NCBI GenBank assembly: GCA_963753975.1 | Contig: CAVWEH010000001.1 | Location: 320,001-384,000 of the forward strand | Direction of reading: 5' to 3' | DNA length: 64,000 nucleotides | DNA from: an uncultured delta proteobacterium | GTDB taxonomy: Bacteria > Desulfobacterota > Syntrophia > Syntrophales > Smithellaceae | In this document: positions 41,480 to 52,504 of the stretch, piece by piece | Layout of the letters: the number at the start of each line of letters is the position of its first letter | How positions within the stretch are numbered: position 1 is the first letter of the stretch | Notes under the pieces: generated by a model | Told to the model about the DNA's origin: nothing | The model's database searches: none | What the model saw: the letters and a program-made list of their open reading frames with translations, nothing else | Translations under genes and position numbers: made by a program

Positions 41480-44100
41480 CTGCGACGCTTAGCTTAACAC
41501 CGGCGATGAAACAGTATGTCGAAATAAAAGATAAATATCCCGACTGCATTTTGCTCTATCGTATGGGTGATTTTTATGAAATGTTTTTTGAAGATGCACT
41601 AACTGCCGCTCCGCTCTTGGAAATCACACTCACCTCTCGTAATAAGGGGAAAGAAGATAGCGTGCCGCTTTGCGGCTTTCCCTATCATGCGGCTTCGACA
41701 TACATTGCCAAGCTTGTGGAAAAAGGCCTTAAAGTGGCGATATGCGAACAAATCGAAGACCCGAAGAAGGCAAAAGGAATAGTCAAAAGAGAAGTTATTC
41801 GCGTCATTACTCCCGGACTCATTCTGGATGAAGAAAATCTGGCCGCGGGCGAAAATAATTATCTGGCATGTCTTTCTGCCGAAAAAGGGATGCTTGGTCT
41901 TGCCTTTTTGGATATTTCCACAGGCGAGTTCCAAATAAGTGAATTTTCCGACCGTGATTCCTTTCTCTTGTCTATCGCCGGATTGGACTTCAAAGAACTA
42001 ATCTTGGCCAGGTCTTTTTCCGATAAAATATTAATTAAGATGCTGGAGTCGCAAACATCCGCGAACTTAATTAATTATCTGGATGAAGATTACTTTCAGA
42101 CCGGGAAAACTGCCGCTATCTTGAACCAGAATTTTGCCGCCGAAGTTTTGGCTAAAATAAAGATCTCCGAACATGCAGCGGCAATGTCGGCTGCCGGTGC
42201 CATTTTGCGCTATGTTGATCAGACACAGAAAATCCATCCTCAACACATAAGCGAAATCAGGTGGTACAACCCGGGAAACTATCTTATCCTTGATGATGCT
42301 GCCCGCCGGAATTTGGAGATATTTACGACAATTCAGGATAATTCCAAGGCCGATTCTCTTTTTTCTCTCATTAATGAAACCCTGACTCCTATGGGCACAC
42401 GGCGTCTGAGATGGTGGCTGAATTACCCCCTGGTGGACGCGGAAAAAATCAAAGCGCGGTTGGCAGGAGTTGCCGAGATTAAAGAAAACCATATCTTCCG
42501 GTCGGATTTGCGTCAAGCTTTATCGGGAATTTACGATTTGGAAAGGCTCTCCGCGAGGGTGGCTCTGCGTGTGGCTAATCCCCGCGATTTAGTTGCACTG
42601 AAGCTTTCTCTTTCGGTCATTCCTGAAGTGAAATCGAGGTTGATGGATTTTACCGCACCGGCAATTGCCGCAATCAGGACCGAGCTTGCAGAAATGCCTG
42701 TCGTCGTTGATTTGATTTCCCGGGCAATTGTGGATGATCCGCCGCCAAGAACGGAGGATGGCGGTTTTATCGCCGTAGGCTATGATGAAGAACTGGATAA
42801 ACTAAGGTCGATCAGTCGCGACGGGAAGAAATGGATTGCAGCGTTAGAAATGAAAGAACGGCAAAAAACCGGGATTAATTCCTTGAAAATCGGCTTCAAT
42901 AACATTTTCGGTTACTACATCGAAGTGACCAAAGCCAATACAGCGATGGTCCCGGATTCATACGTGAGAAAACAGACATTGGTTAATGCGGAGAGATACA
43001 TCAACCAGGAGTTGAAAGAATTTGAGCAGACCGTTTTAACCGCGGAAGAAAGAATCAGAGAAAGGGAAGGGGAATTATTCATTTCTTTGCGGGATAATCT
43101 TGCCCAATATATTTCCGGCATTCAAAGAAATTCGTTTCTCGTTGCCGAGCTTGACGCACTTGCCTCTCTGGCTGAAGTTGCCGAAAAGTATCACTATACC
43201 TGTCCGGAAATTGACACAGAAGATATTATCGCGATCAAAGACGGACGCCATCCGGTGGTCGAGGCGGCCTTGAAGAAAGAAGGTTTTGTTCCCAATGACT
43301 GCTCGCTTGATCTGCTAAGCAATCGATTGCTTATTATTACCGGTCCGAATATGGCTGGCAAATCCACTTATATCCGGCAGGTGGCTTTGATCGTTCTTTT
43401 AGCGCAAATGGGGAGTTTCGTTCCGGCGGCTAGCGCAAGAATAGGCGTTGTCGATAAAATATTCACCCGCATCGGCGCTTCCGATAGTCTAGTTAAGGGC
43501 CAAAGCACCTTTATGGTCGAGATGACGGAGACAGCGGAAATATTAAAAAATGCGACTTCCCGCAGTCTGGTTATTATCGATGAAGTAGGCCGGGGAACTT
43601 CCACTTTTGACGGCCTGAGTATAGCCTGGGCGGTTGCAGAATATATTCATGACTTGCAGGGCAAAGGCGTGCGCGCGTTGTTCGCCACTCATTATCACCA
43701 GTTGACGGATTTGGCAGCGACGAAAAACGGCGTTAAGAACTATAATATTGCGGTAAAAGAGTGGGGAGAAAAAATAATCTTTCTGCGCAAGATTATGGAG
43801 GGCGGCACCAGCCGCAGTTACGGCATAGAAGTGGCGCGCATTGCCGGTGTGCCCGAGGAAGTGATCAAGCGCGCCAAAGAAATATTGCACAATCTGGAAA
43901 AGGGAGAGTTTGATGAAATCGGAATGCCCCGCATTGCCCGCGGCACCGGTAATGGAAAAAATGTCAACCCGCAATTAAACCTATTTGTGGAAAAAGAAGA
44001 TGAAATTGTGGCCGAGCTTAATAATATCGATATTTCCTCAATGTCGCCGCTGGAAGCGCTCAATAAACTGAACGACTGGAAAAGAAAAATTTCAGACTAA
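41470..44100 (+). CDS. mutS: DNA mismatch repair protein MutS
   Basis: [51 protein letters not shown] clamp motif. Confidence 0.98.
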   Translation: MVLAATLSLTPAMKQYVEIKDKYPDCILLYRMGDFYEMFFEDALTAAPLLEITLTSRNKGKEDSVPLCGFPYHAASTYIAKLVEKGLKVAICEQIEDPKKAKGIVKREVIRVITPGLILDEENLAAGENNYLACLSAEKGMLGLAFLDISTGEFQISEFSDRDSFLLSIAGLDFKELILARSFSDKILIKMLESQTSANLINYLDEDYFQTGKTAAILNQNFAAEVLAKIKISEHAAAMSAAGAILRYVDQTQKIHPQHISEIRWYNPGNYLILDDAARRNLEIFTTIQDNSKADSLFSLINETLTPMGTRRLRWWLNYPLVDAEKIKARLAGVAEIKENHIFRSDLRQALSGIYDLERLSARVALRVANPRDLVALKLSLSVIPEVKSRLMDFTAPAIAAIRTELAEMPVVVDLISRAIVDDPPPRTEDGGFIAVGYDEELDKLRSISRDGKKWIAALEMKERQKTGINSLKIGFNNIFGYYIEVTKANTAMVPDSYVRKQTLVNAERYINQELKEFEQTVLTAEERIREREGELFISLRDNLAQYISGIQRNSFLVAELDALASLAEVAEKYHYTCPEIDTEDIIAIKDGRHPVVEAALKKEGFVPNDCSLDLLSNRLLIITGPNMAGKSTYIRQVALIVLLAQMGSFVPAASARIGVVDKIFTRIGASDSLVKGQSTFMVEMTETAEILKNATSRSLVIIDEVGRGTSTFDGLSIAWAVAEYIHDLQGKGVRALFATHYHQLTDLAATKNGVKNYNIAVKEWGEKIIFLRKIMEGGTSRSYGIEVARIAGVPEEVIKRAKEILHNLEKGEFDEIGMPRIARGTGNGKNVNPQLNLFVEKEDEIVAELNNIDISSMSPLEALNKLNDWKRKISD

Positions 44101-44104
44101 CGAA

Positions 44105-44815
44105 TCATTTCTCTTGTTTTACTTTATTTATATTCTGTAATTTAGGGAGGAAGTTGGCAGCCCAATCGTTGATTTTCTGCCAGCCGCGTAAATCTCCTTC
44201 CGGCGTACCAATAATGTGTTCAACAACAAACGCGTCAACAAAATTTAATTTGGAATAATCAAGTTTTCCGGCAAACATACCCACATCTACGGGAGTTATT
44301 TCAGCGCACAGAGGATCAAGATAGGAAGCGGCTGTTTTACGGGTTTCTTCATTATCTTTTCTCAGAATCATGCAAACGATAAAATAGGCAACGGGTATTT
44401 TCTCCAATTCTTCTTTGTGATTTCTAACGAAATTATCTGTCTCCGGCAAAACAGCACCGCGGCGAATGGCGCTGCCCAAAACCACACCCCGATAGCCGTC
44501 TATACTGTGCACTTTTTTTATGGGTTTAACATCCACCCTGATCCCGTCGGCAGCGAGTCTTTTTCCGACAGCATCGGCAACTTCAGCGGTAGACCCGGCG
44601 CGAGTGGCGTAGGCAACTAATATTTGGACAGCCGCGGGTTTATTTTCTCCGTAGCTATTTTCAATTAGATTTATCTCCGAAGCTTCGCAATAATTGGGAA
44701 GGATGTATGGAAATAGAACCAAAAGAATGATTAGCGGAAAAAGTAATAAATTTTTTAATCTTTTCTTTTGATCGAATGCATAGATAGTATTGACTGTATG
44801 ATTCTTCCTTTTCAT
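44105..44815 (-). CDS. Flavodoxin-domain (HemG-like) protein with N-terminal membrane anchor
   Basis: AYATRAGSTAEVA, VLGSAI, FAGKLDYSKL, EGDLRGWQKINDWA; start uncertain. Confidence 0.8.
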   Translation of the reverse strand: MKRKNHTVNTIYAFDQKKRLKNLLLFPLIILLVLFPYILPNYCEASEINLIENSYGENKPAAVQILVAYATRAGSTAEVADAVGKRLAADGIRVDVKPIKKVHSIDGYRGVVLGSAIRRGAVLPETDNFVRNHKEELEKIPVAYFIVCMILRKDNEETRKTAASYLDPLCAEITPVDVGMFAGKLDYSKLNFVDAFVVEHIIGTPEGDLRGWQKINDWAANFLPKLQNINKVKQEK

Positions 44816-44848
44816 GGTCCCGCAGTATAAATGTTTTCTGATTAAATG

Positions 44849-44878
44849 CAAAAAAAAAGGGGAGCATCAGCTCCCCTT
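44849..44878 (-). terminator. Rho-independent terminator after the Spy/ZraP-like gene
   Basis: AAGGGGAGC-atca-GCTCCCCTT hairpin followed by a T run on the minus strand. Confidence 0.75.
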
Positions 44879-44897
44879 CACCGGAATAGACTTAATA

Positions 44898-45425
44898 TTA
44901 GTTGTACATTCCCATACCCGGACCAAAGCCGTCATGGCCTCGCATACCGCCGCGGGGTCCAAAACCGGGACCTCTACCCCAGCGAGAATTTGCCAGTTTT
45001 TCATTTTGTTCGGGTGTCAATACTTTGCGAATTTCCAGTTTTAATGCTGTATTTTTATCCTCGATGTTATCACGTAAAGCTCTCAATTCTTTCTGGGCCG
45101 CGTTAATCTTATCCTTACTCGGATTAGCCTTTAACCACTCTCTACGCAATTCCACGGATTTATCAAACATTTTTTCTCGAAGCGGTCTTACTGCTTTATA
45201 ATTGGCATCTTGCAGTGCTTCGATTTTTGCATTTTGCTCAGTTGTTAGATCCAAATTCCACAATGCGGGGTTGCCGCAATAGCCGTAGCTTCTGCCGTCA
45301 CCGTAGCCCGTATTTCCGCCGGGGCCTCTGCCATCACGAGGGCCGCCAAAAGCAAATGCCGATGCACCCAAAAGCAGGCCCAGCCCGACTACCGTCGATA
45401 CAAGTATTAATTTTTTCATAATCAA
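44898..45425 (-). CDS. Spy/CpxP/ZraP-like periplasmic protein
   Basis: Signal peptide, two LTxxQ motifs (LTTEQ, LTPEQ), Gly-rich termini; divergent from a ZraSR-like pair. Confidence 0.88.
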   Translation of the reverse strand: MIMKKLILVSTVVGLGLLLGASAFAFGGPRDGRGPGGNTGYGDGRSYGYCGNPALWNLDLTTEQNAKIEALQDANYKAVRPLREKMFDKSVELRREWLKANPSKDKINAAQKELRALRDNIEDKNTALKLEIRKVLTPEQNEKLANSRWGRGPGFGPRGGMRGHDGFGPGMGMYN

Positions 45426-45460
45426 TCTCCTTTCGCGAGTGTTAAGTTAATTAATTGCGT

Positions 45461-45631
45461 CTAAGTGAGGTGTCTTATGACAGCCTCCATATTCATTAAC
45501 TTACTGAAATTAAAAGATAAACAGGCAACAACTATATATTCCATCATTAATCTTCGAGACGCAAATGGATAATATTTGTTGAGCAAAGAGGCGATTAAGC
45601 AGGCGATCAATGTCAATATTAGCTTTTTCAT
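45461..45631 (-). CDS. Small hydrophobic protein, 56 aa (not in ORF track)
   Basis: AAGGAGGT RBS; MKKLILTLIACLIASLLNKYYPFASRRLMMEYIVVACLSFNFSKLMNMEAVIRHLT*. Confidence 0.5.
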   Translation of the reverse strand: MKKLILTLIACLIASLLNKYYPFASRRLMMEYIVVACLSFNFSKLMNMEAVIRHLT

Positions 45632-45679
45632 ATCAACCTCCTTGTTGCGCTATCTTTAGATTCAGTTAACGTGTTGTAG

Positions 45680-45695
45680 AGCAAGGCTTATGCCA
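45680..45695 (-). promoter_or_regulatory. sigma54 promoter for the small ORF and Spy/ZraP-like gene
   Basis: Minus strand TGGCAT-AAGCC-TTGCT, near-consensus -24/-12. Confidence 0.85.
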
Positions 45696-45780
45696 ATGAT
45701 GCTCTCATTAGCCAACAGTCCGTAATCACGAGATTAATAACGAATGAGTCAATTCCTCATTGAAATATTTCGTCAATAAG

Positions 45781-45829
45781 TGGATAATATTTATCCAAGA
45801 AGAGTATCCATCTGGGTACATCGTATCCA
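45781..45829. promoter_or_regulatory. Tandem enhancer (UAS) candidates for the NtrC-family regulator
   Basis: TGGATAATATTTATCCA (45781) and TGGGTACATCGTATCCA (45813), 17-bp palindromes 32 bp apart; another at 45744 (ATGAG-N7-CTCAT). Confidence 0.65.
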
Positions 45830-45849
45830 GCAACTAATGGAGATTTGGA

Positions 45850-47568
45850 ATGACCACTAAAACCAAAAAAAGATTCTGGTTTGATTTTTCCGTTTGGGCG
45901 GTAATTGGCGCCATAGCCGTAATGGCTATTGTGTCCGCGGTAATGGCTCTCGCGCATTTTCAGCGCCAGAAAGAACAAGCAGTCGAACTCCTGATAGAGA
46001 AGGGTGCGACACTCATTCGGTCGTTTGAAGCCGGTCTGCGCAATCCTTTAAGTATGAAGGAGGGGACATTTGGGCTGCAAAAATTATTAATAGAAACAGC
46101 CCAGCAGCCGGATATTGATTACATCATCGTAGCCGCGAGCAATGGCGATATAATCGCCGACAGTGATCCTTCTCACGTGGGTGATAAATATGGTTTGGAT
46201 TTGGATCGTGCCCACATCGCTCTATCCAAAGAGATTCAGTGGCGACAGGTTACTAATCCCGGAGGCGCGGGCACTTTCGAAGTTTATCGCGGCTTTTTCC
46301 CGCTGGAAAAATATGCCGAAGATAAAACCTCATCCCAAAGCAAAGAAATTAATAATTTGATTATCTATGTTGGCCTGAATATGGCGGCCATAGAAAAAGC
46401 GACTAAAGAAGACACGCGAAATACCATTATAATTGCGCTTATTCTTTTGTTAATAGGATCTTCGGCAATAGTCTCTCTTTTTCTGGCTCAGGCCTATCGT
46501 CTGACTCGTACTTCTCTTTCCCGCATTAAAGTATTTTCGGAAGCACTGGTAAAAAATATGCCTATCGGCCTTATTGCGCTGGATAACAACGATCAGATTG
46601 TTACTTGCAACGAAAAAGCGCAAGTGATTTTAAATGTTGCTTACAGTGATGCTTTGGGAAAAAAAGCTTCGGCGATTTTACCGGAACCCTTGAAAAATTT
46701 ATTGGCGGAACTTCCCGAAGAAGGCGGCTTACTAGAGAGGGACATTAAATTAACTTCTCCGGAGGGGAAGGATCAAATCTGGGAAATCATTGCCGCCGGC
46801 CTCATGGATGAGGGAATTTCCGCGGGAAGGATATTGCTGGTGCACGATGCTACGGCAATCCGGGAACTGGAAAAAGAAGTAACGAAAAGTCGTCATTTGA
46901 CTTCTATCGGATCTCTGGCTGCCGGTGTTGCCCATGAAATAAGAAATCCGCTCAGTTCAATTAAAGGGTTTGCGGTATATCTGAAAGAAAAGTTATCCGG
47001 CAATATCGAAGACAAAAAAACAGCGGAAATTATGATCCAAGAAGTCGAAAGGCTCAACCGCGTGATCAGTCAGCTTATAGAATTTGCCCGTCCTCTGGAA
47101 TTAAAGAAAGAGAAAACGAGATTTTCGGATTTGGTAAAACATACATTAAAATTAATTAACACTGAAGCACAAAAAAATAAAATCACTATTGATATGGAAA
47201 TTGATGATGACGCACCGCTGATCGAAGTTGATCCCGATAAAATTAAGCAAGTGCTTCTCAATATTTTTCTCAATGCACTGGCCGCTATGAAAAAAGGCGG
47301 TAAGCTTGTGATTATGCTTTTGCCGGGGAAAAGTTATCTTTCCGTTATAATTTCCGATACCGGCGTGGGAATAGAGAAAACGGATTTGCCTCGAATTTAC
47401 GATCCTTATTTTACATCGAAACCGGCGGGAACAGGCCTGGGTCTGGCCGTTGTGCAAAAAATAATGGAGGCGCACGGAGGTCATATTAAAGCGGAAAGCA
47501 CGGCCGGACAAGGGACAAAGATATTCCTGATTTTTCCATTTTCTGATACCGGTAAAAAGGAAGCATAG
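45850..47568 (+). CDS. ZraS/HydH-like sensor histidine kinase with PAS domain
   Basis: Two TM helices, AHEIRNPLSSIKGFA, N/G1/F/G2 boxes. Confidence 0.92.
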   Translation: MTTKTKKRFWFDFSVWAVIGAIAVMAIVSAVMALAHFQRQKEQAVELLIEKGATLIRSFEAGLRNPLSMKEGTFGLQKLLIETAQQPDIDYIIVAASNGDIIADSDPSHVGDKYGLDLDRAHIALSKEIQWRQVTNPGGAGTFEVYRGFFPLEKYAEDKTSSQSKEINNLIIYVGLNMAAIEKATKEDTRNTIIIALILLLIGSSAIVSLFLAQAYRLTRTSLSRIKVFSEALVKNMPIGLIALDNNDQIVTCNEKAQVILNVAYSDALGKKASAILPEPLKNLLAELPEEGGLLERDIKLTSPEGKDQIWEIIAAGLMDEGISAGRILLVHDATAIRELEKEVTKSRHLTSIGSLAAGVAHEIRNPLSSIKGFAVYLKEKLSGNIEDKKTAEIMIQEVERLNRVISQLIEFARPLELKKEKTRFSDLVKHTLKLINTEAQKNKITIDMEIDDDAPLIEVDPDKIKQVLLNIFLNALAAMKKGGKLVIMLLPGKSYLSVIISDTGVGIEKTDLPRIYDPYFTSKPAGTGLGLAVVQKIMEAHGGHIKAESTAGQGTKIFLIFPFSDTGKKEA

Positions 47569-48933
47569 ATGAAATCTGATCAATCAATTTTGATCGTGGA
47601 TGATGATCTTGCTCACCGCGTTATGCTCAAAAAATTGTTGAGTGGCTGGGGTTATCAGGTTTACGAGGCCGATGACGGATCAGGCGCGATTGACAAAGTA
47701 CGCCAAACATCTTTTGATTTGATTTTAATGGACATCCGGATGCTCGATATTTCGGGAATTGAGGCTCTGGAACAAATTAAAATTATCAATCCGGCAATTC
47801 CCGTGATTATTATGACAGCCTACGCTTCCGTGGAGACGGCGGTAACCGCCCTGAAAAAAGGCGCTTATGATTATCTTACCAAGCCCTTGGATTTTGACGA
47901 ACTCAAAATCGTTATCAGTCGTGCTACGGAGCATAATCGGCTCAAAAAAGAAAACGAATACTTAAAAGTAAGGCTGGGCGAGCAGTTTGACCGGCAAAAC
48001 TTGATTGGTCAGAGCCCATCAATGATAAAGCTTTTGGATACAGTCGCGCAGGTGGCGGCGACGGAAGCCACCATTTTGATTACCGGTGAATCGGGGACGG
48101 GCAAGGAAGTAATTGCCAATGCTATTCATTACAACAGCTTCCGCAAAGATGCGCCGTTCATTAAGATTAATTGTGCGGCGTTGACAGAAACGCTTTTAGA
48201 ATCCGAGCTATTCGGCCATGAAAAAGGCGCTTTTACCGGTGCGGACCGACGCCGGGAGGGAAAATTTCGTCAGGCGGAGGGCGGCAGTCTATTCTTAGAT
48301 GAAGTGAGCGAAATGTCGCCGTCGATGCAGGTGAAGCTTTTAAGAGTTATACAGGAAAGGGAATTGACGCGCGTGGGCGGGGCGGAAGTCATCAAAGTCA
48401 ATGTCCGGTTGATTGCCGCCTCGAATAAGGATTTAAAAAAGGAGATGGATAACGGCCGTTTCCGCGAGGATTTATTTTACCGGCTCAATGTTGTTGGCTT
48501 GAATGTGCCGCCGCTCCGGGAAAGAAAGGAAGACATACCGATACTGGCGCAGCATTTTCTGCAACAATTTGGGGCTCAGAATTCCAAAAAAATAAAAGGC
48601 TTTACTCCGCAAGCGATGGAGAAGCTCTTAAAATATAGTTGGCCGGGAAACATCCGGGAACTGATGAATGCGATAGAGAGGGCAGTGGTTCTGTCGGGCA
48701 ATGAATATCTTGATGCCGAAGAGTTGGCACTAATGACGGCAGACAATTCTCGCGATGTTAAGTCTCTCGAAAATAAGCTGTCGGAGAATTTACAATTGGA
48801 AGAGGTGGAGAAAAGAACAATAATAGATGCGCTGGCAGCGGCGCGCGGCAATAAAAGCGAAGCCGCCCGCAGGCTGGGCATAACCCGTAAGACGCTGCGT
48901 AAAAAATTGGAAAAATACAAAAATATCGTTTGA
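47569..48933 (+). CDS. ZraR/NtrC-family sigma54-dependent response regulator
   Basis: Receiver domain, GESGTGKE, GAFTGA, WPGNIREL, Fis-type HTH. Confidence 0.95.
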   Translation: MKSDQSILIVDDDLAHRVMLKKLLSGWGYQVYEADDGSGAIDKVRQTSFDLILMDIRMLDISGIEALEQIKIINPAIPVIIMTAYASVETAVTALKKGAYDYLTKPLDFDELKIVISRATEHNRLKKENEYLKVRLGEQFDRQNLIGQSPSMIKLLDTVAQVAATEATILITGESGTGKEVIANAIHYNSFRKDAPFIKINCAALTETLLESELFGHEKGAFTGADRRREGKFRQAEGGSLFLDEVSEMSPSMQVKLLRVIQERELTRVGGAEVIKVNVRLIAASNKDLKKEMDNGRFREDLFYRLNVVGLNVPPLRERKEDIPILAQHFLQQFGAQNSKKIKGFTPQAMEKLLKYSWPGNIRELMNAIERAVVLSGNEYLDAEELALMTADNSRDVKSLENKLSENLQLEEVEKRTIIDALAAARGNKSEAARRLGITRKTLRKKLEKYKNIV

Positions 48934-49110
48934 TAACTGTTTCTTGCTGAAAGATGATTGAATTGATAACAAAATCGCCTATAAAGGAGAATTGTTTTCC
49001 TAAATATTTGCTTGTAATGAAAAGAAATATTAGTTAATAAACCAAGTCGATTAATTGGAGATTGTGACCTAATGCAATATCCTTTGTGTTGTTAGAAATT
49101 GGGGGGATAG

Positions 49111-50046
49111 ATGGGAGAAGGAATCAACGATTACACAAAAAACATTGTAGATTTAAGACGGCATATGTGGATGGCCGGCGTGGAAGAGGAATTGCGGCGT
49201 CTTATCTGGCAAATTGCCGTTGTCGGCAAGTATATATCCGCGAAAATACATGAGGCCAACCGGAAACTGGTCGGATTCAAAAATATTTACGGTGAAGATC
49301 AACTTACCCTAGATCGCGCCGCGGATGAAATTTTGAAAAGTCAATTGCAATTTTCCGGGTTTGTGCGCGAGTATGCTTCTGAAGAGCAAGAAAAGATAAT
49401 AAAGATTGGTTCCGGTAAAGAAAAATATATAGTTACTGCGGATCCGCTTGATGGTTCATCGCTTGTGGAAACCAATCTAGCCATTGGCACTATTATCGGC
49501 ATCCACAAGGAATCCATTTTGGATACCGGTAAAAATACGATGGTAGCGGCGCTCTATATTACTTATGGACCGCTGATTACAATGATTTATTCGGCGGGCA
49601 AAGGCGCTCACGAGTTCGTTCTCAATCGCGAAGGCGAGTATGTTCTCGCACAGGAAAAGATTAAAGTAAAAGAGAAAGGATCTATCTTCTCTCCCGGTGG
49701 ATTGCGCTGTGATTGGATACCGGCACATCTTAAGTTTATCGACCAGTTGGAAAAAGAGGGCTACAAATTGCGTTACAGCGGCGGATTTGTTCCCGACATC
49801 AATCAATTATTAATAAAGAGGGGTGGCGTGTTTACTTATCCGGCGTTACAAAAATCTCCTCAGGGTAAGTTGCGGCTCCTGTTTGAATTGCAGCCCATGG
49901 CGTTTATTATGGAGCAAGCAGGAGGCCTTGCTACTGACGGCAAGGAAGATATTCTCACTTTGAAAGTGGAAAATGTTCATCAATGCTCGCCAGTTTATAT
50001 CGGCAGTTCCGCAGAAGTGCAAATGGCCGCGCAATTCCTGTCGTGA
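49111..50046 (+). CDS. fbp: Fructose-1,6-bisphosphatase class 1
   Basis: ASEE, DPLDGSS, LRYSGGFVPD, GKLRLLFE. Confidence 0.95.
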   Translation: MGEGINDYTKNIVDLRRHMWMAGVEEELRRLIWQIAVVGKYISAKIHEANRKLVGFKNIYGEDQLTLDRAADEILKSQLQFSGFVREYASEEQEKIIKIGSGKEKYIVTADPLDGSSLVETNLAIGTIIGIHKESILDTGKNTMVAALYITYGPLITMIYSAGKGAHEFVLNREGEYVLAQEKIKVKEKGSIFSPGGLRCDWIPAHLKFIDQLEKEGYKLRYSGGFVPDINQLLIKRGGVFTYPALQKSPQGKLRLLFELQPMAFIMEQAGGLATDGKEDILTLKVENVHQCSPVYIGSSAEVQMAAQFLS

Positions 50047-50172
50047 TAGTTACTAAAATATTCTATCTGTAAGGAATTGAATGAATTGCTGCAAACCTTA
50101 TGACCTGATAGGGAAAATATATTTGATGAATATTTTTATCAGTAATGTACCGTCAAAACAGGGTTATTGGTT

Positions 50173-51045
50173 ATGATATATGAAAGCAGACCGGCGAGTA
50201 TTACAGATCACTTTTATTGCCTTGGGCCGGTTTCCGTTCCGTCATTTCTTCTGGACGGGGATCATCCAATAATGTTTGATGCGGGTATATATATTTTTGG
50301 AGAATACTATCTTCGAGAATTACTTCGTATAATGGGTGACAGGAGGCCGGAATATCTGTTTCTAACCCATGTGCATTTTGATCACTGCGGCGCTGCCGGA
50401 TTTCTCAAAAGAGTTATGCCGGAAATGAAGATAGGCGCTTCCCGTGAGGCGAGCGAGATAATAAAAAAGCCGTCTGCTGTTGGGCTGATTAAAAAGCTCA
50501 ATACCTTCGCACAGGACGGCAAAGTTTATTTCGAACCATTTGCAATAGACTTTATACTTAATGATGGTGACGTGATACAAGTTGCGAATAATCTCAGCGT
50601 AAAAGTAATAAAGACCCCTGGCCATACCAGGGACATGCTGAGTTTCTACATACCTGAACAAAAAATATTGATACCATCTGAATCTATTGGTATGCCCGCG
50701 TTAGGTGAATATATTTTCAGCGAATTTTTGACCGACTATTATGTGTATTTGGATTCGCTAAAAAAGCTTGCAAATTATGATGTGGACATTTTGGTGCTCG
50801 CGCACGCCTTATATTACACAGGGGAGGATGCCAAATCCTATATGCCGCGGGCGATTGAACATACACAGAGATTTCGCGAAAAAATGGAAAAGCTCTTAAA
50901 GAAATATGATAATGATTTTGAAACCATTGCTTCAATCATCAGAAAAGAGGAATATGATCCGCTCGTTGGCGACAAACAACCCGAGCAGGCCTATTTGCTT
51001 AATTTGTACGCCAAAATCAAGGCAATCAAAAGGATTATGAATTAA
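50173..51045 (+). CDS. MBL-fold metallo-hydrolase
   Basis: THVHFDHCG, TPGHTRD, LAHA. Confidence 0.88.
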   Translation: MIYESRPASITDHFYCLGPVSVPSFLLDGDHPIMFDAGIYIFGEYYLRELLRIMGDRRPEYLFLTHVHFDHCGAAGFLKRVMPEMKIGASREASEIIKKPSAVGLIKKLNTFAQDGKVYFEPFAIDFILNDGDVIQVANNLSVKVIKTPGHTRDMLSFYIPEQKILIPSESIGMPALGEYIFSEFLTDYYVYLDSLKKLANYDVDILVLAHALYYTGEDAKSYMPRAIEHTQRFREKMEKLLKKYDNDFETIASIIRKEEYDPLVGDKQPEQAYLLNLYAKIKAIKRIMN

Positions 51046-51087
51046 TTATTAATGGTGTGTATATAATATTATATTAAGGGAGTGCTT

Positions 51088-52482
51088 ATGATTTTTGAAA
51101 ATAAAAACCAACTAAAAGATAAATGCGCACCGATTATTAAATTGGATGGCAGCGATATCCACATTTTGGATGAGGCAAAGTTAAAAAACGAACTTATTGA
51201 TGATTTGATTTATACAGCCGTATTTAGTCCGGATCGGGCAACACAGGAAGCCGTCTGCTGGCTTATTCGGCGTGCGGCAGTTGCTCTGGGAATTATGCCT
51301 GCTTCCATTCAATCCTTCTATGAGGCAATGGGACGCGGAGAATTGAAGGGATTCACTGTTCCGGCGATTAATATCCGGGGGATAACTTACGATGTTGCCC
51401 AAGCGGTTTTTCGTGCGGTAATAAAAGGGCAAGCAGGACCGGTTATTTTCGAAATTGCCCGTTCGGAAATTGGTTACACCTCGCAAAAACCTTTGGAATA
51501 TGCCTGCGCTGTGCAGGCTGCTGCAATTAAAACAGGATATCGCGGCCCTATTTTTTTGCAGGGAGATCATTTTCAGGTGGACAACAGAAAATTTTCCGTT
51601 GATGCCGCTAAAGAAACACAAACAATAAAAAATTTAATTTGGGAAGCAATTGATGCTGGTTTTTATAATATTGATATTGATACCTCTACGTTGGTTGATT
51701 TATCGAAAACAACCGTTAAAGAGCAGCAAAAGACAAATTACACACTGGCGGCAGAGCTCACAACGATGATCCGTGATTTGGAGCCGGAAGAAGTTACTAT
51801 TTCCGTTGGTGGAGAGATCGGCGAGGTCGGCGGGAAAAACAGCACCGTGGAAGAACTGCGGGCTTTTATGGGTGGATACCTTGCAGAACTCAAAAAGCGA
51901 GGCTCAGCTCTTACAGGTATAAGCAAGATTAGCATTCAAACGGGCACAACACACGGCGGCGTTCCTCTGGCAGATGGGAGCGTAGCAAAAGTAAAAATAG
52001 ATTTTGATGTCCTGAAAAAGTTATCCGAATTGGCGCGGTCCCAATACGGTTTGGCCGGAGCTGTTCAGCATGGTGCGTCCACTCTTCCTGATGAAGCGTT
52101 TGATAAATTTCCGGCGGTCGGTGCCGCGGAAATTCATCTGGCTACCGGCTTCCAGAACATTATTTACGATAGCGACAGCTTCCCCAAAGACCTGCGGGAA
52201 AAAATATACAAATATTTAAAAACGAAATTGAAAGACGAATGGAAAGAAAAAGATACCGAAGAACAGTTCATCTATAAAACCCGTAAAAAAGGCTTTGGAC
52301 ATTTCAAATTGGAAATGTGGCATTTGCCGGAAAAAACGCGCGAAAAACTCGGTACTGAATTGGAAAAACAGTTTTCTTTCCTGTTCGAAAAACTAAAAGT
52401 GGCCAAAAAGCAAGAAATCGTAAAAAAATATATACAACCGGTAGATGTGCATTTAGAGATGCCTGCGGTCTTTAAAGGTTAA
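51088..52482 (+). CDS. Class II fructose-bisphosphate aldolase family protein with N-terminal extension
   Basis: VPAINIR, QGDH, GGEIGEVGG, GTTHGG, QHGAS; near fbp. Confidence 0.85.
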   Translation: MIFENKNQLKDKCAPIIKLDGSDIHILDEAKLKNELIDDLIYTAVFSPDRATQEAVCWLIRRAAVALGIMPASIQSFYEAMGRGELKGFTVPAINIRGITYDVAQAVFRAVIKGQAGPVIFEIARSEIGYTSQKPLEYACAVQAAAIKTGYRGPIFLQGDHFQVDNRKFSVDAAKETQTIKNLIWEAIDAGFYNIDIDTSTLVDLSKTTVKEQQKTNYTLAAELTTMIRDLEPEEVTISVGGEIGEVGGKNSTVEELRAFMGGYLAELKKRGSALTGISKISIQTGTTHGGVPLADGSVAKVKIDFDVLKKLSELARSQYGLAGAVQHGASTLPDEAFDKFPAVGAAEIHLATGFQNIIYDSDSFPKDLREKIYKYLKTKLKDEWKEKDTEEQFIYKTRKKGFGHFKLEMWHLPEKTREKLGTELEKQFSFLFEKLKVAKKQEIVKKYIQPVDVHLEMPAVFKG

Positions 52483-52504
52483 GTTTTTCCCGTGGTCTAA
52501 ATGG

